A stretch of DNA of 64,000 bases. It comes from Candidatus Peregrinibacteria bacterium. Its GTDB lineage: Bacteria; Patescibacteriota; Gracilibacteria; UM-FILTER-43-11. A model generated the notes under the pieces. The model did no database searches. It was given only the letters and a program-made list of their open reading frames with translations, and had not been told where the DNA came from. Below are positions 12,068-19,648 of this stretch, one piece after another (position 1 is the stretch's first letter; each line of letters opens with the position of its first letter). A program made the position numbers and the translations under genes. The stretch covers positions 2,672 through 66,671 of the forward strand of contig JAFGTE010000028.1 in NCBI GenBank assembly GCA_016934215.1, written 5' to 3'.

Positions 12068-12114
12068 AAAAGCGGGGCCCCACCTGACTGCAAGGCAGCC
12101 AGGTGGGTAGCCCC
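12068..12114 (-). terminator. hairpin plus U-tract (putative intrinsic terminator or attenuator)
   Basis: Minus strand: GGGGCUA-CCCACCUGGCUGC-CUU-GCAGUCAGGUGGG-GCCCC, followed by GCUUUU. It lies about 35 nt upstream of the phosphohexomutase ATG. Confidence 0.4.
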
Positions 12115-12377
12115 TGTAAGCACCCGCTTAGCCTTCGTTAGGCTGCTCGCGTGGAATGGAGCCTCGCCGGCCTCGTCCCATATTCTGACTGCGGATGGAA
12201 GGTGGTCCCTTCCGTCGACGTAGGTCCGTGGGGGGCCTCTGTGAAGGCGGTGGAGGTGAAGAAACTTCATTGCGGAACTTCTGCTTTGGTTTCACGCATC
12301 ATCCCCTTGTGAGTGCCAAAAGGCAGATCCTGGGTCATCCCAGCAAGATTGTACCGGAATGCCCCTTTTCACATACC
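12068..12377 (-). ncRNA. unclassified GC-rich structured RNA (independent sRNA or long 5' leader of the phosphohexomutase gene); strand tentative
   Basis: About 310 nt GC-rich block in an AT-leaning genome, with several perfect hairpins. The ORFs inside have implausible composition. A consensus promoter lies upstream on the minus strand, and a hairpin plus U-tract sits at the 3' end. Confidence 0.45.
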
Positions 12378-12383
12378 ACGCGA

Positions 12384-12411
12384 ATTATAGTAATAAAGAT
12401 GAGAATGTCAA
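12384..12411 (-). promoter_or_regulatory. sigma70-type consensus promoter reading toward the structured RNA
   Basis: On the minus strand: TTGACA (12411..12406), a 16 nt spacer, then TATAAT (12389..12384). A purine lies about 7 nt downstream, near 12377. Confidence 0.55.
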
Positions 12412-12537
12412 AGAAATTTAGCGAAAGAAGAATCTAGCTTACGCCGTTTTCTGCATTAATTTTGTTACAAAAAATTACTAAATATGATAAGATAAAAATG
12501 AAAGCTTTTATTTAAGCCAAGAAATACGCTATAGAAT

Positions 12538-14961
12538 ATGACGAAAAAAATTAAAGTTGCATTACTTTGTGGCGGGCCTTCTCTGGAAAGAGGAATATCT
12601 CTCAACTCAGCGCGTTCCGTCTGTGACCATTTACATTCTGAGCAGGTGGAAGTGATTCCCATTTATTTCGATCACTTCAAAAAAGCTTACCGGATTTCCC
12701 GTGCCCAGTTATATTCAAACACACCATCGGATTTTGATTTCAAATTGGCTCAATCCGCTCGCCCCCTGAGTCAGACGGCCTTAAGAAAGCTGCTGAAATC
12801 CGTCGATCTGGCTTTTCCGGTCATGCACGGACCTTTTGGGGAAGATGGGGAAATCCAACGACTGCTTACTAAAATGGGCTGTCCTTTTATTGGCTCTCCG
12901 GAAGAAGCCTGCAAGAAGGCCTTTGATAAATTCAGCGCCAATGAGTTTATTAAGTTCAGAGGTTTTTACACCCTGCCTTCCATAGTACTCAAAGCTCATC
13001 GGACCGGACATAAAAAGAAAATCGAGGGATTCTTTGCGGAAAAAAAGATCAAACGTGCCGTGGTTAAACCAGCCACCGGTGGATCAAGTATTGCCGTTTA
13101 CTCAGTGTCCACTCCGGAAGACGCACTGAAAAAGGCTGAAGAAATTTTCTCAAAAAGAGTGGATACGCGTGCCGTCATCGAGCCTTTTTGTCAGGGGATT
13201 GAATTCACGGTCATCATTCTTCAGAATCGCTTCGGTATGCCGGTGGCGATCATGCCATCAGAAATTGAAATCAGCTACGAAGATCATCAGATTTTTGATT
13301 ATCGTAAAAAATATCTGGCTTCCCGCCAGGTCACCTATCATTGTCCGCCCCGTTTTGAAAATAGAGTGATTGCAAGGATCCAGACTCAGGCAGAGCAGCT
13401 TTTTACCTTGCTGGGCATGCGGGATTTTGCCCGCTTTGACGGCTGGCTGATGCCGGATGAAAATATTTGGTTCTCGGACTTCAACCCGATCAGCGGCATG
13501 GAACAGAACAGCTTCCTTTTTATGCAGGCTTCACGTATCGGGATGAGTCACCGCGACGTCCTTACGTATATTCTTAAATCAGCGTGCAGACGTCATACCA
13601 TTAATTTCCCCTCAGAACCGGTAACAGGCAAGAAATCCGGTACAAAAAAAGAAGTGAATGTTCTTTTTGGCGGCAAAACAGCGGAACGTCAGGTATCCGT
13701 AATGAGTGGCACCAATGCCTGGCTCAAACTCCGTCAATCACACAAATACGAACCCAGGCCTTTTTTGCTGGATATGGATCATCATGTCTGGGAATTGCCC
13801 TACGCACTTACCTTAAACCACACAGTGGAGGAGATCACGGCCACCTGTAAGTCTGCCAAACAGGATGAACACAGACTTCGCACACTGATCAAACAGGTGG
13901 TAGATAAACTGGCTGTCGAAAAAGGGGACCTCACGGAAAAATGGTTTTTCCCGAAAAAGATGACGCTCAAAGAATTTATCAGGAAATCTAAGAACATTTT
14001 TATTGGTCTGCATGGCGGCATGGGAGAAGACGGTACGCTTCAGACCATGCTGGAAGAGGCAAAGGTGCCTTTCAACGGTTCAGGATCGGAAGCATCGAGG
14101 CTTTGCATGGATAAATACAAAACCGCTGAAGCCATTAAAGATTTGGCGAAGAAGGGGATTTATACGGCGATAAAACACGTCGAGACACTCAGTCATTTTA
14201 AAGGATGGAAGGTCAGCGACTTTAAACGATACTTCAAAGAACTCAAAAAAGAGCTGGGAAGCAGAACTATTATCGTTAAACCTGTCGGAGACGGGTGCAG
14301 TGCGGGAATCGCACGATTGTACGGTCCCAAAGATCTTGAAATCTACCTGGATTTTGTTCAAAAAGGAACTCCGTTCATACCGGACGGAAGTTTAAATAAG
14401 CAGCACGGAATGATTGAAATGCCCACCGTAAAATTAAATAAACTGATGTTTGAGCAGTTTATCACCACCGATAAAATCCGCGTTATCGGTAATAAACTTA
14501 AATGGGAAGTTAAAACCGATTGGATTGAAGTGACGATGGGAGTGCTTGAAAAAGAAGGAAAGCTTAAAGCAATGTCACCCAGTCTTACGGTAGCGGTTGG
14601 AAATATTCTCAGTCTGGAAGAAAAATTCCAGGGCGGTACGGGAGTTAATATTACCCCGCCTCCCGCTCCTTTTGTAAAAAAATCAGCGATCGATAAAGCC
14701 AAAGAACGCGTAGAACTGGTTGCTAAAAAATTAGGTATTCGTGGCTACGCCCGAATCGATGCTTTCATGCACCGGAAAACCGGCCAGCTGATCATCATCG
14801 AAGCCAATACAACTCCCGGCCTCACTCCTTCCACCGTCATTTATCATCAGGCACTTGAAGAAGAACCCCCTCTGTATCCGACAGCGTTTTTAGAAAAAAT
14901 TATGGATAATGCTATAGAACGCGCTGAGGAGAAAGTAAATAAAGATAAAATCCGCTTGTAA
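12538..14961 (+). CDS. ddl: tandem-fused D-alanine--D-alanine ligase family protein (two Ddl/ATP-grasp modules)
   Basis: 807 aa. Two Ddl N-terminal signatures (KVALLCGGPSLERGISLNSA at aa 5; VNVLFGGKTAERQVSVMSG at about aa 372). Each is followed by an ATP-grasp body and an ARIDxF/ARFDG...N(T)xPG(M/L) C-terminal motif. Confidence 0.85.
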   Translation: MTKKIKVALLCGGPSLERGISLNSARSVCDHLHSEQVEVIPIYFDHFKKAYRISRAQLYSNTPSDFDFKLAQSARPLSQTALRKLLKSVDLAFPVMHGPFGEDGEIQRLLTKMGCPFIGSPEEACKKAFDKFSANEFIKFRGFYTLPSIVLKAHRTGHKKKIEGFFAEKKIKRAVVKPATGGSSIAVYSVSTPEDALKKAEEIFSKRVDTRAVIEPFCQGIEFTVIILQNRFGMPVAIMPSEIEISYEDHQIFDYRKKYLASRQVTYHCPPRFENRVIARIQTQAEQLFTLLGMRDFARFDGWLMPDENIWFSDFNPISGMEQNSFLFMQASRIGMSHRDVLTYILKSACRRHTINFPSEPVTGKKSGTKKEVNVLFGGKTAERQVSVMSGTNAWLKLRQSHKYEPRPFLLDMDHHVWELPYALTLNHTVEEITATCKSAKQDEHRLRTLIKQVVDKLAVEKGDLTEKWFFPKKMTLKEFIRKSKNIFIGLHGGMGEDGTLQTMLEEAKVPFNGSGSEASRLCMDKYKTAEAIKDLAKKGIYTAIKHVETLSHFKGWKVSDFKRYFKELKKELGSRTIIVKPVGDGCSAGIARLYGPKDLEIYLDFVQKGTPFIPDGSLNKQHGMIEMPTVKLNKLMFEQFITTDKIRVIGNKLKWEVKTDWIEVTMGVLEKEGKLKAMSPSLTVAVGNILSLEEKFQGGTGVNITPPPAPFVKKSAIDKAKERVELVAKKLGIRGYARIDAFMHRKTGQLIIIEANTTPGLTPSTVIYHQALEEEPPLYPTAFLEKIMDNAIERAEEKVNKDKIRL

Positions 14962-15481
14962 AACTGAGAAAAGCCATTGAAAGGAAAAGTGCCGGGAATC
15001 CGAAATTTGTCACGAGTAAACCCCCAATCAATGCGCCAAAGGCAGTCGTAAAATAATACATCGATTCCCAGGTACCCCATTCCACCCCATACTGCCCCCG
15101 ATCCAGATGTTCGGAATACAGTTTGTCGAAGGCAGGTGAATAAATAGCTTCACCCATACCAATCAGGATCTGAATGATAAAGAGGGTCGTTATGGAATGA
15201 ACAAAAAGAAACAGAAAAAAGCCAAGACCCATCATACCGTACCCAAGCATCATCACATGGTCACTGTGACGGATTTTATCCGACACTTTGCCGGAAAACA
15301 GAGTGGCAAGGCCAGCTGAAACGGCAAATAAAAACCCGGCGATACTGGCATCCAGCAGATCACCGCCAATTTCTTCAACAAAAATGGCATAAATCGGGGC
15401 AAGCATGGCTGCCGCCAGCAGAATAAGGGCGTTGGTAGCCAGCAATATTTTGAGTGCTTTGTTGAAAAATCTTTTTTGCAT
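14912..15481 (-). CDS. half-size MFS-type transporter (6-TM half)
   Basis: 189 aa with about 6 TM helices and an MFS motif-A-like loop GKVSDKIRH. Its 3' end overlaps the ddl 3' end by 50 nt. Confidence 0.6.
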   Translation of the reverse strand: MQKRFFNKALKILLATNALILLAAAMLAPIYAIFVEEIGGDLLDASIAGFLFAVSAGLATLFSGKVSDKIRHSDHVMMLGYGMMGLGFFLFLFVHSITTLFIIQILIGMGEAIYSPAFDKLYSEHLDRGQYGVEWGTWESMYYFTTAFGALIGGLLVTNFGFPALFLSMAFLSFTSGFYLYLLSPQRVL

Positions 15482-15566
15482 CTATTCATTATACAATATT
15501 TTTAGTAAAAAAACAACTCATTGACCTTCATGGCCGGCTCCTTTAAATTAAAAACAAGGAATCACT

Positions 15567-16184
15567 ATGGAAGAAACGCCAAATCACCATCGAAGTCTTT
15601 TAATCAGTAATTATCGGAGTTTTATTGATTTTGCGAATAAGCACTTCACACTCCCGAAGTACATTATCAGAAATGACAAAGACATTTTTTATCAAATCGA
15701 AAAGATGATGCTGACGATTTTGGTATTGAGCATCGTAGTGCTTTGCACCCTGCATCTGATGCCGGAGTGGTTAGCAGTCGCCCTGGCAATCCTTTTAGTG
15801 CAGCGGGTTTTTGAATACGTGGTGGTTTATTCAAGAAATTTTATTTTTCACCGCGGCAGAATTTTTACCGATTTTAAAGACCCGGCACAGCAGGGGGAAT
15901 GGCTCATCATGACGGTCAGCCTTAACCTGCTGCAATTGATCATCACTTTTTCAGTTTGGTACCGTTTACTCGGTCTTTTGGAACCGGCGTCTTTTATCGG
16001 CGATATGAGCATTATCAATTCCGTGTATTTCAGTGTGGTTACCTTTCTGACAGTGGGCTTTGGCGATATCGTCCCAGTATCATCTTTGGCAAAAATACTG
16101 GTTCTTTTCCAAACAGCGCTGACCTTTTATACGCTGGTCATTGTCGTGAATGGTCTGATTTCCATTCATTTTAGAAACCGATAA
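15567..16184 (+). CDS. two-TM potassium channel family protein
   Basis: K+ selectivity filter TVGFGD flanked by TM helices. 205 aa. Confidence 0.8.
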   Translation: MEETPNHHRSLLISNYRSFIDFANKHFTLPKYIIRNDKDIFYQIEKMMLTILVLSIVVLCTLHLMPEWLAVALAILLVQRVFEYVVVYSRNFIFHRGRIFTDFKDPAQQGEWLIMTVSLNLLQLIITFSVWYRLLGLLEPASFIGDMSIINSVYFSVVTFLTVGFGDIVPVSSLAKILVLFQTALTFYTLVIVVNGLISIHFRNR

Positions 16185-16188
16185 GTGG

Positions 16189-16617
16189 TTAGAATGAAGG
16201 GGTTTTCGGAGCACGAAGCGCGTTACCAAAAGATACTTCATCAAGCTGATCCAGCTGAACAAAATGCTCGGGATCACTCATAAATTCACCACTGTCAAAC
16301 TTCTCGGCTTTCAGCGTCTCATGGAGGCTCTCTCTTATAACCGATTCAGATATATCCGTCGGCTCAGAGGCTTCAGATGGTTTTAGCTGATTATCTTCTT
16401 TAAGTTCCATTAAAATACTGTCAGCCACAATGTCGCTCATATTACTAAAACGGGGATCTTTTGCGGGTTCTCCGTTGATCCTGCGGCGCAGATCCGACAA
16501 AGCGGCCTGATAGTCCGCCGAATTTTTTTCATAAGCCATTAATTCCGCCGTCACTTCTTCAGCACTTTTTAAATCGCACTCAATGAGGGCTTCAACGAGA
16601 TTCAGTCTCCTGGGCAT
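16189..16617 (-). CDS. small acidic hypothetical protein (family B, see findings)
   Basis: 142 aa ORF. Its N-terminal helix LVEALIECDLKSAEEV and block SILMELKEDN are shared with ORF 19649. Confidence 0.55.
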   Translation of the reverse strand: MPRRLNLVEALIECDLKSAEEVTAELMAYEKNSADYQAALSDLRRRINGEPAKDPRFSNMSDIVADSILMELKEDNQLKPSEASEPTDISESVIRESLHETLKAEKFDSGEFMSDPEHFVQLDQLDEVSFGNALRAPKTPSF

Positions 16618-16656
16618 GACGTTAGGTCTGTTTATGCAACAACTATAAGATGATTT

Positions 16657-17070
16657 TTATTCCGCTTCAAGCACACTGTCCGACTCATCAATCAGTGTGG
16701 GGGGTTTTGATCTGACACCACTCGCTTCTGCGTCAGGATTAAAAAGAGCACCAACCTGAGACCGTGCAAGGATATCTGATATTGCATTGGGATCAGGTGG
16801 GTCCAGCGGATTTTCTATATTAAGAGACTCTAAAATCAAGCGAGCTGCAGCCACCGTGATATGATCAAACCCCGAACTCAGGGCAGGCCTTTGATGCACA
16901 ATAAGGCGAAGATTCAGCTCGCATTTCTTAAACTCAGAACTCTCCGGATCGAGCGTCCTTAATGTTTCAAGTTCTTTATCAGCGATTTCCTGATCACTTT
17001 CAGGAATAGCTCTGGCGGCATCTACATTTCTAAGCATGGGAGGGGAATTAGATGTATTTCGGTTTTTCAC
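16657..17070 (-). CDS. small acidic hypothetical protein (family A, see findings)
   Basis: 137 aa ORF. The ALFNPDAE motif is shared with ORF 19376. Confidence 0.55.
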   Translation of the reverse strand: MKNRNTSNSPPMLRNVDAARAIPESDQEIADKELETLRTLDPESSEFKKCELNLRLIVHQRPALSSGFDHITVAAARLILESLNIENPLDPPDPNAISDILARSQVGALFNPDAEASGVRSKPPTLIDESDSVLEAE

Positions 17071-17169
17071 AGTTATTATACGATTTTTTCTTTATTGATG
17101 CAAGAAGGTAGTAAAAATCATTGAACTCTTTCAGCAATTTCTTTAAAATGGCTTAGCAAAATAAGCAAT

Positions 17170-17223
17170 GCGGGTATCGTATAGTTGGCTATTATTTCCC
17201 GCCTAGCGGGACGAGACGGGGTC
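17170..17223 (+). pseudogene. decayed 5' portion of a tRNA-Gly-like gene (acceptor, D-arm, shortened anticodon arm, 5' T-stem)
   Basis: The first 27 nt are identical to tRNA-Gly at 17470 (exactly 300 nt away). The anticodon arm is 3 nt shorter (TTCCCGCCTAGCGGGA). Similarity ends in the T-loop, 4 nt before the GIY-YIG ATG. Confidence 0.5.
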
Positions 17224-17226
17224 AAT

Positions 17227-17484
17227 ATGAAATACATAGTATATATCATCAGAAGTAAGAAGACAGGAAAGCGCTATATTGGATATACTCAGGATATAGA
17301 TGAACGACTAAGGCGTCATAATACTGGCACAAGCGCATACACAAAACGTGAAAAACCTTGGGAATTAATCTATTCAGAGGAAATGACAAGTAAATCAGAA
17401 GCGTTAAAAAGAGAAAAAGAAATAAAGAGCTTCAAAGGAGGAGGCTCACTAAAAAATCTTTTAAAACAAGCGGGTATCGTATAG
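17227..17484 (+). CDS. GIY-YIG nuclease family protein (small, COG2827/YhbQ-like)
   Basis: KYIVYIIRS...KRYIGYT...RLRRHN...REKEIK matches the GIY, YIG, Arg, His/Asn and Glu motifs. Start trimmed to ATG 17227. The last 15 nt, including the TAG stop, lie inside tRNA-Gly. Confidence 0.85.
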   Translation: MKYIVYIIRSKKTGKRYIGYTQDIDERLRRHNTGTSAYTKREKPWELIYSEEMTSKSEALKREKEIKSFKGGGSLKNLLKQAGIV

Positions 17485-17545
17485 TTGGCTATTATTCCGG
17501 CCTTCCAAGCCGGCGAGACGGGTTCGAGTCCCGTTACCCGCTCCA
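17470..17545 (+). tRNA. tRNA-Gly (anticodon TCC), CCA encoded
   Basis: Acceptor GCGGGTA/TACCCGC, anticodon stem CCGGC/GCCGG with loop CTTCCAA, T-arm ACGGG-TTCGAGT-CCCGT, 3' TCCA. The D-stem is weak (G-U and U-U pairs). Confidence 0.85.
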
Positions 17546-17608
17546 AAAAAATAACTCTCTGCGAAGCAGTGGAGGTATTTTTTTAGAATGTGGGACTCGA
17601 AGGGTAGG

Positions 17609-17665
17609 GCGGGTTCGTAGCGAAGCATTCCCGCGAAGCGGGAGGGGTTCCCGTTACCCGCTCCA
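17609..17665 (+). pseudogene. degenerate tRNA-like element (57 nt) ending in the tRNA-Gly 3' acceptor plus CCA
   Basis: GCGGGTT...TTCCCGCGAAGCGGGA...GGGTTC-CCGTTACCCGCTCCA. The last 16 nt are identical to the tRNA-Gly 3' end. The T-loop lacks 5 nt, and the anticodon-arm hairpin matches that of the upstream fragment. Confidence 0.4.
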
Positions 17666-17666
17666 T

Positions 17667-17699
17667 CAAAAACCAGCCCCCCTCATAGAGGCAGAGCTG
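17667..17699 (-). terminator. intrinsic terminator after the TPM-LemA operon
   Basis: Minus strand: CAGCUCUGCCUC-UAU-GAGGGGGGCUG (about 11 bp, with G-U pairs valid only on the minus strand), followed by GUUUUUG. Confidence 0.55.
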
Positions 17700-17729
17700 A
17701 GTTTTTAAAGCTGTGGAATTCAAAGAAAG

Positions 17730-18323
17730 CTAATCAGAAAAATCCACGACAGGAGCCACATTACTTCCTTCAACGGCTTCAAATAAAGCGGCTTTTTCAA
17801 ATCCGAACAGATTGGCAATAAAACTGCGCGGGAATTTTCGGATAGAGATATTGTAATCCTGAACGGTTTCGTTGTAAGTTTTTCGCTCAACAGAAATGCG
17901 GTTTTCAGTACCTTCCAGCTGAGCCTGAAGTTCCAGGAAGTTCTGATCGGCCTTGAGGTCCGGATAACTTTCAACAACTACCATCAAACGGCTCAATGCT
18001 GAGCTAAGTGCATCCTGGCTGGCCTGAAACTTGGCAAAGGAAGCGGCATCCTTGATATCGACATTGGTTGAAGTGGCTTTCGCGCGGGCTTCCACAACAG
18101 CTTCCAAGGTTTCTGCTTCGTGCTCAGAGTACCCCTTAACGGTATTGACCAGATTGGGAATCAAATCCGTTCTGCGTTGGTATTGGTTTTCAACCTGACT
18201 CCAGGCGGTCTGCACGCCTTCATCTTTTACAACCATTGAATTGTAAACGTCCATAACATAAAACCCGGCCCAGACGATAAGCAGAACAATAACCCCCAAG
18301 CCGATCTTTGATGATTTTGTCAT
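17730..18323 (-). CDS. LemA family protein
   Basis: N-terminal TM helix plus the LemA core (WSQVENQYQRRTDLIPNLV). The track ORF was trimmed to ATG 18323 because its extension overlaps the upstream gene. Confidence 0.9.
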   Translation of the reverse strand: MTKSSKIGLGVIVLLIVWAGFYVMDVYNSMVVKDEGVQTAWSQVENQYQRRTDLIPNLVNTVKGYSEHEAETLEAVVEARAKATSTNVDIKDAASFAKFQASQDALSSALSRLMVVVESYPDLKADQNFLELQAQLEGTENRISVERKTYNETVQDYNISIRKFPRSFIANLFGFEKAALFEAVEGSNVAPVVDFSD

Positions 18324-18367
18324 AGTGATAATAGTGAAAGAAATATTTGCGAATGGATTATAACATA

Positions 18368-19267
18368 TTACCAGCGTCCGCCAGAACCGCCCCCGCCAAA
18401 ACTGCCTCCCCCGAAACTTCCCCCGCTGCTGCCCGAGCTGCCCCACGAAGAAGAACTGGAACTGCTGGACCAGGAACTGCCGGAAGAAGAACTGCTGCCC
18501 CCTCCGCCTCCGCCACGGCTGGCATCCGACATGGCAATCAGGTCTATTAGAATAGAAAAACCGAGTATAATAGCTGCAAGAAGTAAGGTGGTAGTAAGCA
18601 TCCCTACGCCGAATAAAGCAATATTGGCTACAATGGAATGATTGAGGCGTTCTTTCTTTTTTCTCGTACCTATCCAGATTGATTTAATAGCGGCAGCAAA
18701 CATTAAAATACCAAACCAGATCCACACCTTTCCGTCAGCCGCAAAAGAATCGGAACTGGATTCGGCGTAATCAGTAACAATGGTCGGGTCCTTGAGCAGA
18801 TAACCTTCAATATCTGTTAGCGCCGCAGAAAGTCCACCGGCATAATCACCTTCGCGGAAGTGAGGAGGGAAGTCGTTTTCGGCAATCCGTTTTGTGATAG
18901 CGTCAGGCAGGGTTCCTTCCATGCCGTATCCTGTCGCCATAAACCAGGCCCGATCCTCGATGGCTACCAGAATCAGAAGACCATTGTCATTAGCTTCTTT
19001 TCCCACGCCCCATGTATTGCCAACGTCAAAAGCCACCGTCGCAATATCTTCATCACCCATCGTAGGAACGATAAGAATACCGATTTCAGCGGTGGTTTTA
19101 TCTTCTATTTCATCAATCTGGAGCTCAAGAGCCATTTCATCTTCATAAGAAAGCACCCCGGCTTCATCGGTGACCCATCCGTTGGGCTCGGGAATATTAA
19201 AAGCATGAACCAGATTCATAGAAAAAAGAAAACAGAAGACAGTCAGTGCAATTCTTATCTTGGACAT
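18368..19267 (-). CDS. TPM-domain (YgcG-like) membrane protein with Gly/Ser-rich tail
   Basis: Signal peptide, TPM phosphatase-like domain, TM helices and a C-terminal GGGGGGSSSSSGSSW... tail. Confidence 0.85.
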   Translation of the reverse strand: MSKIRIALTVFCFLFSMNLVHAFNIPEPNGWVTDEAGVLSYEDEMALELQIDEIEDKTTAEIGILIVPTMGDEDIATVAFDVGNTWGVGKEANDNGLLILVAIEDRAWFMATGYGMEGTLPDAITKRIAENDFPPHFREGDYAGGLSAALTDIEGYLLKDPTIVTDYAESSSDSFAADGKVWIWFGILMFAAAIKSIWIGTRKKKERLNHSIVANIALFGVGMLTTTLLLAAIILGFSILIDLIAMSDASRGGGGGGSSSSSGSSWSSSSSSSSWGSSGSSGGSFGGGSFGGGGSGGRW

Positions 19268-19375
19268 AGATCATGTGTTAGAAAGTGATGGTATTGTAGC
19301 ATATTCGCCAAAGTCGCTTGCATTAAAAAATAAAATCTGGTATAAAGAAATACTAATTTTTAACCTCCCTTAAAA

Positions 19376-19630
19376 ATGATGGAAAAAAGCCAAGAAGATC
19401 AAAGAATTGAAGAAGATATTAAGCGTATTGAAGCACATTTTCAGAATCTTGATACCGATTCGCGAATCGCCGCAATGCAAGAAATGGAGCTGGCAGTTTT
19501 TAATCCCAATGCTCAGGAGGTGCCTCAATGGATACGCGGCGTCCACCCTCAGGCAATTGTTCGATCCAGAATGCAGATTCGGGGTATTGTCAGAACTTCG
19601 GAACCGCCTGAATCAGTCAGTGCAAAGTGA
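19376..19630 (+). CDS. small hypothetical protein (family A)
   Basis: 84 aa. The AVFNPNAQE motif is shared with ORF 16657. A promoter-like TTGCAT...TGgTATAAA lies upstream. Confidence 0.5.
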   Translation: MMEKSQEDQRIEEDIKRIEAHFQNLDTDSRIAAMQEMELAVFNPNAQEVPQWIRGVHPQAIVRSRMQIRGIVRTSEPPESVSAK

Positions 19631-19648
19631 TATTTTAAAAGTCATATT

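Noticed and set aside
12068-12377. Assigning the structured RNA to RNase P, tmRNA, SRP RNA, 6S RNA, the glmS ribozyme, ydaO or the M-box.
   Set aside because: The diagnostic elements are missing by eye: no GGAAAGUCC/ACAGAA..GGCUUA P4 pair, no tRNA-like T-arm or tag ORF, and no GGAA tetraloop with AGCA helix-8 loops. Only short, weak resemblances to riboswitch cores were seen. Left unclassified pending cmscan.
12052-12437. Track ORFs 12052..12270 (-) and 12195..12437 (+) inside the long intergenic region.
   Set aside because: Their composition is Arg/Gly/Pro/His-rich and unlike real proteins here. They lie entirely within a hairpin-dense GC-rich block with its own promoter, so the block was interpreted as structured RNA.
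17196-17212. Possible amber-suppressor tRNA: CTA at the centre of the hairpin in the upstream tRNA fragment.
   Set aside because: The arm gives either a 5-nt loop or a 7-nt loop without U33. The element also lacks a T-loop and a 3' acceptor strand, so it is not a functional tRNA.
17185-17226. N-terminal 14 codons of track ORF 17185..17484.
   Set aside because: They read through the decayed tRNA fragment. The GIY-YIG homology starts at MKYIVY (ATG 17227).
18324-18446. Long N-terminal extension of the LemA ORF.
   Set aside because: It is Arg/Gly/Phe-rich, overlaps the Gly/Ser-tail coding region of the upstream TPM gene, and precedes the natural MTKSSKIG start and TM helix.
18368-18530. Repetitive GGn/AGC-rich DNA at the 3' end of the TPM gene; considered as a repeat array.
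   Set aside because: It is simply the coding sequence of a Gly/Ser-rich low-complexity tail, with no spacer/repeat periodicity.
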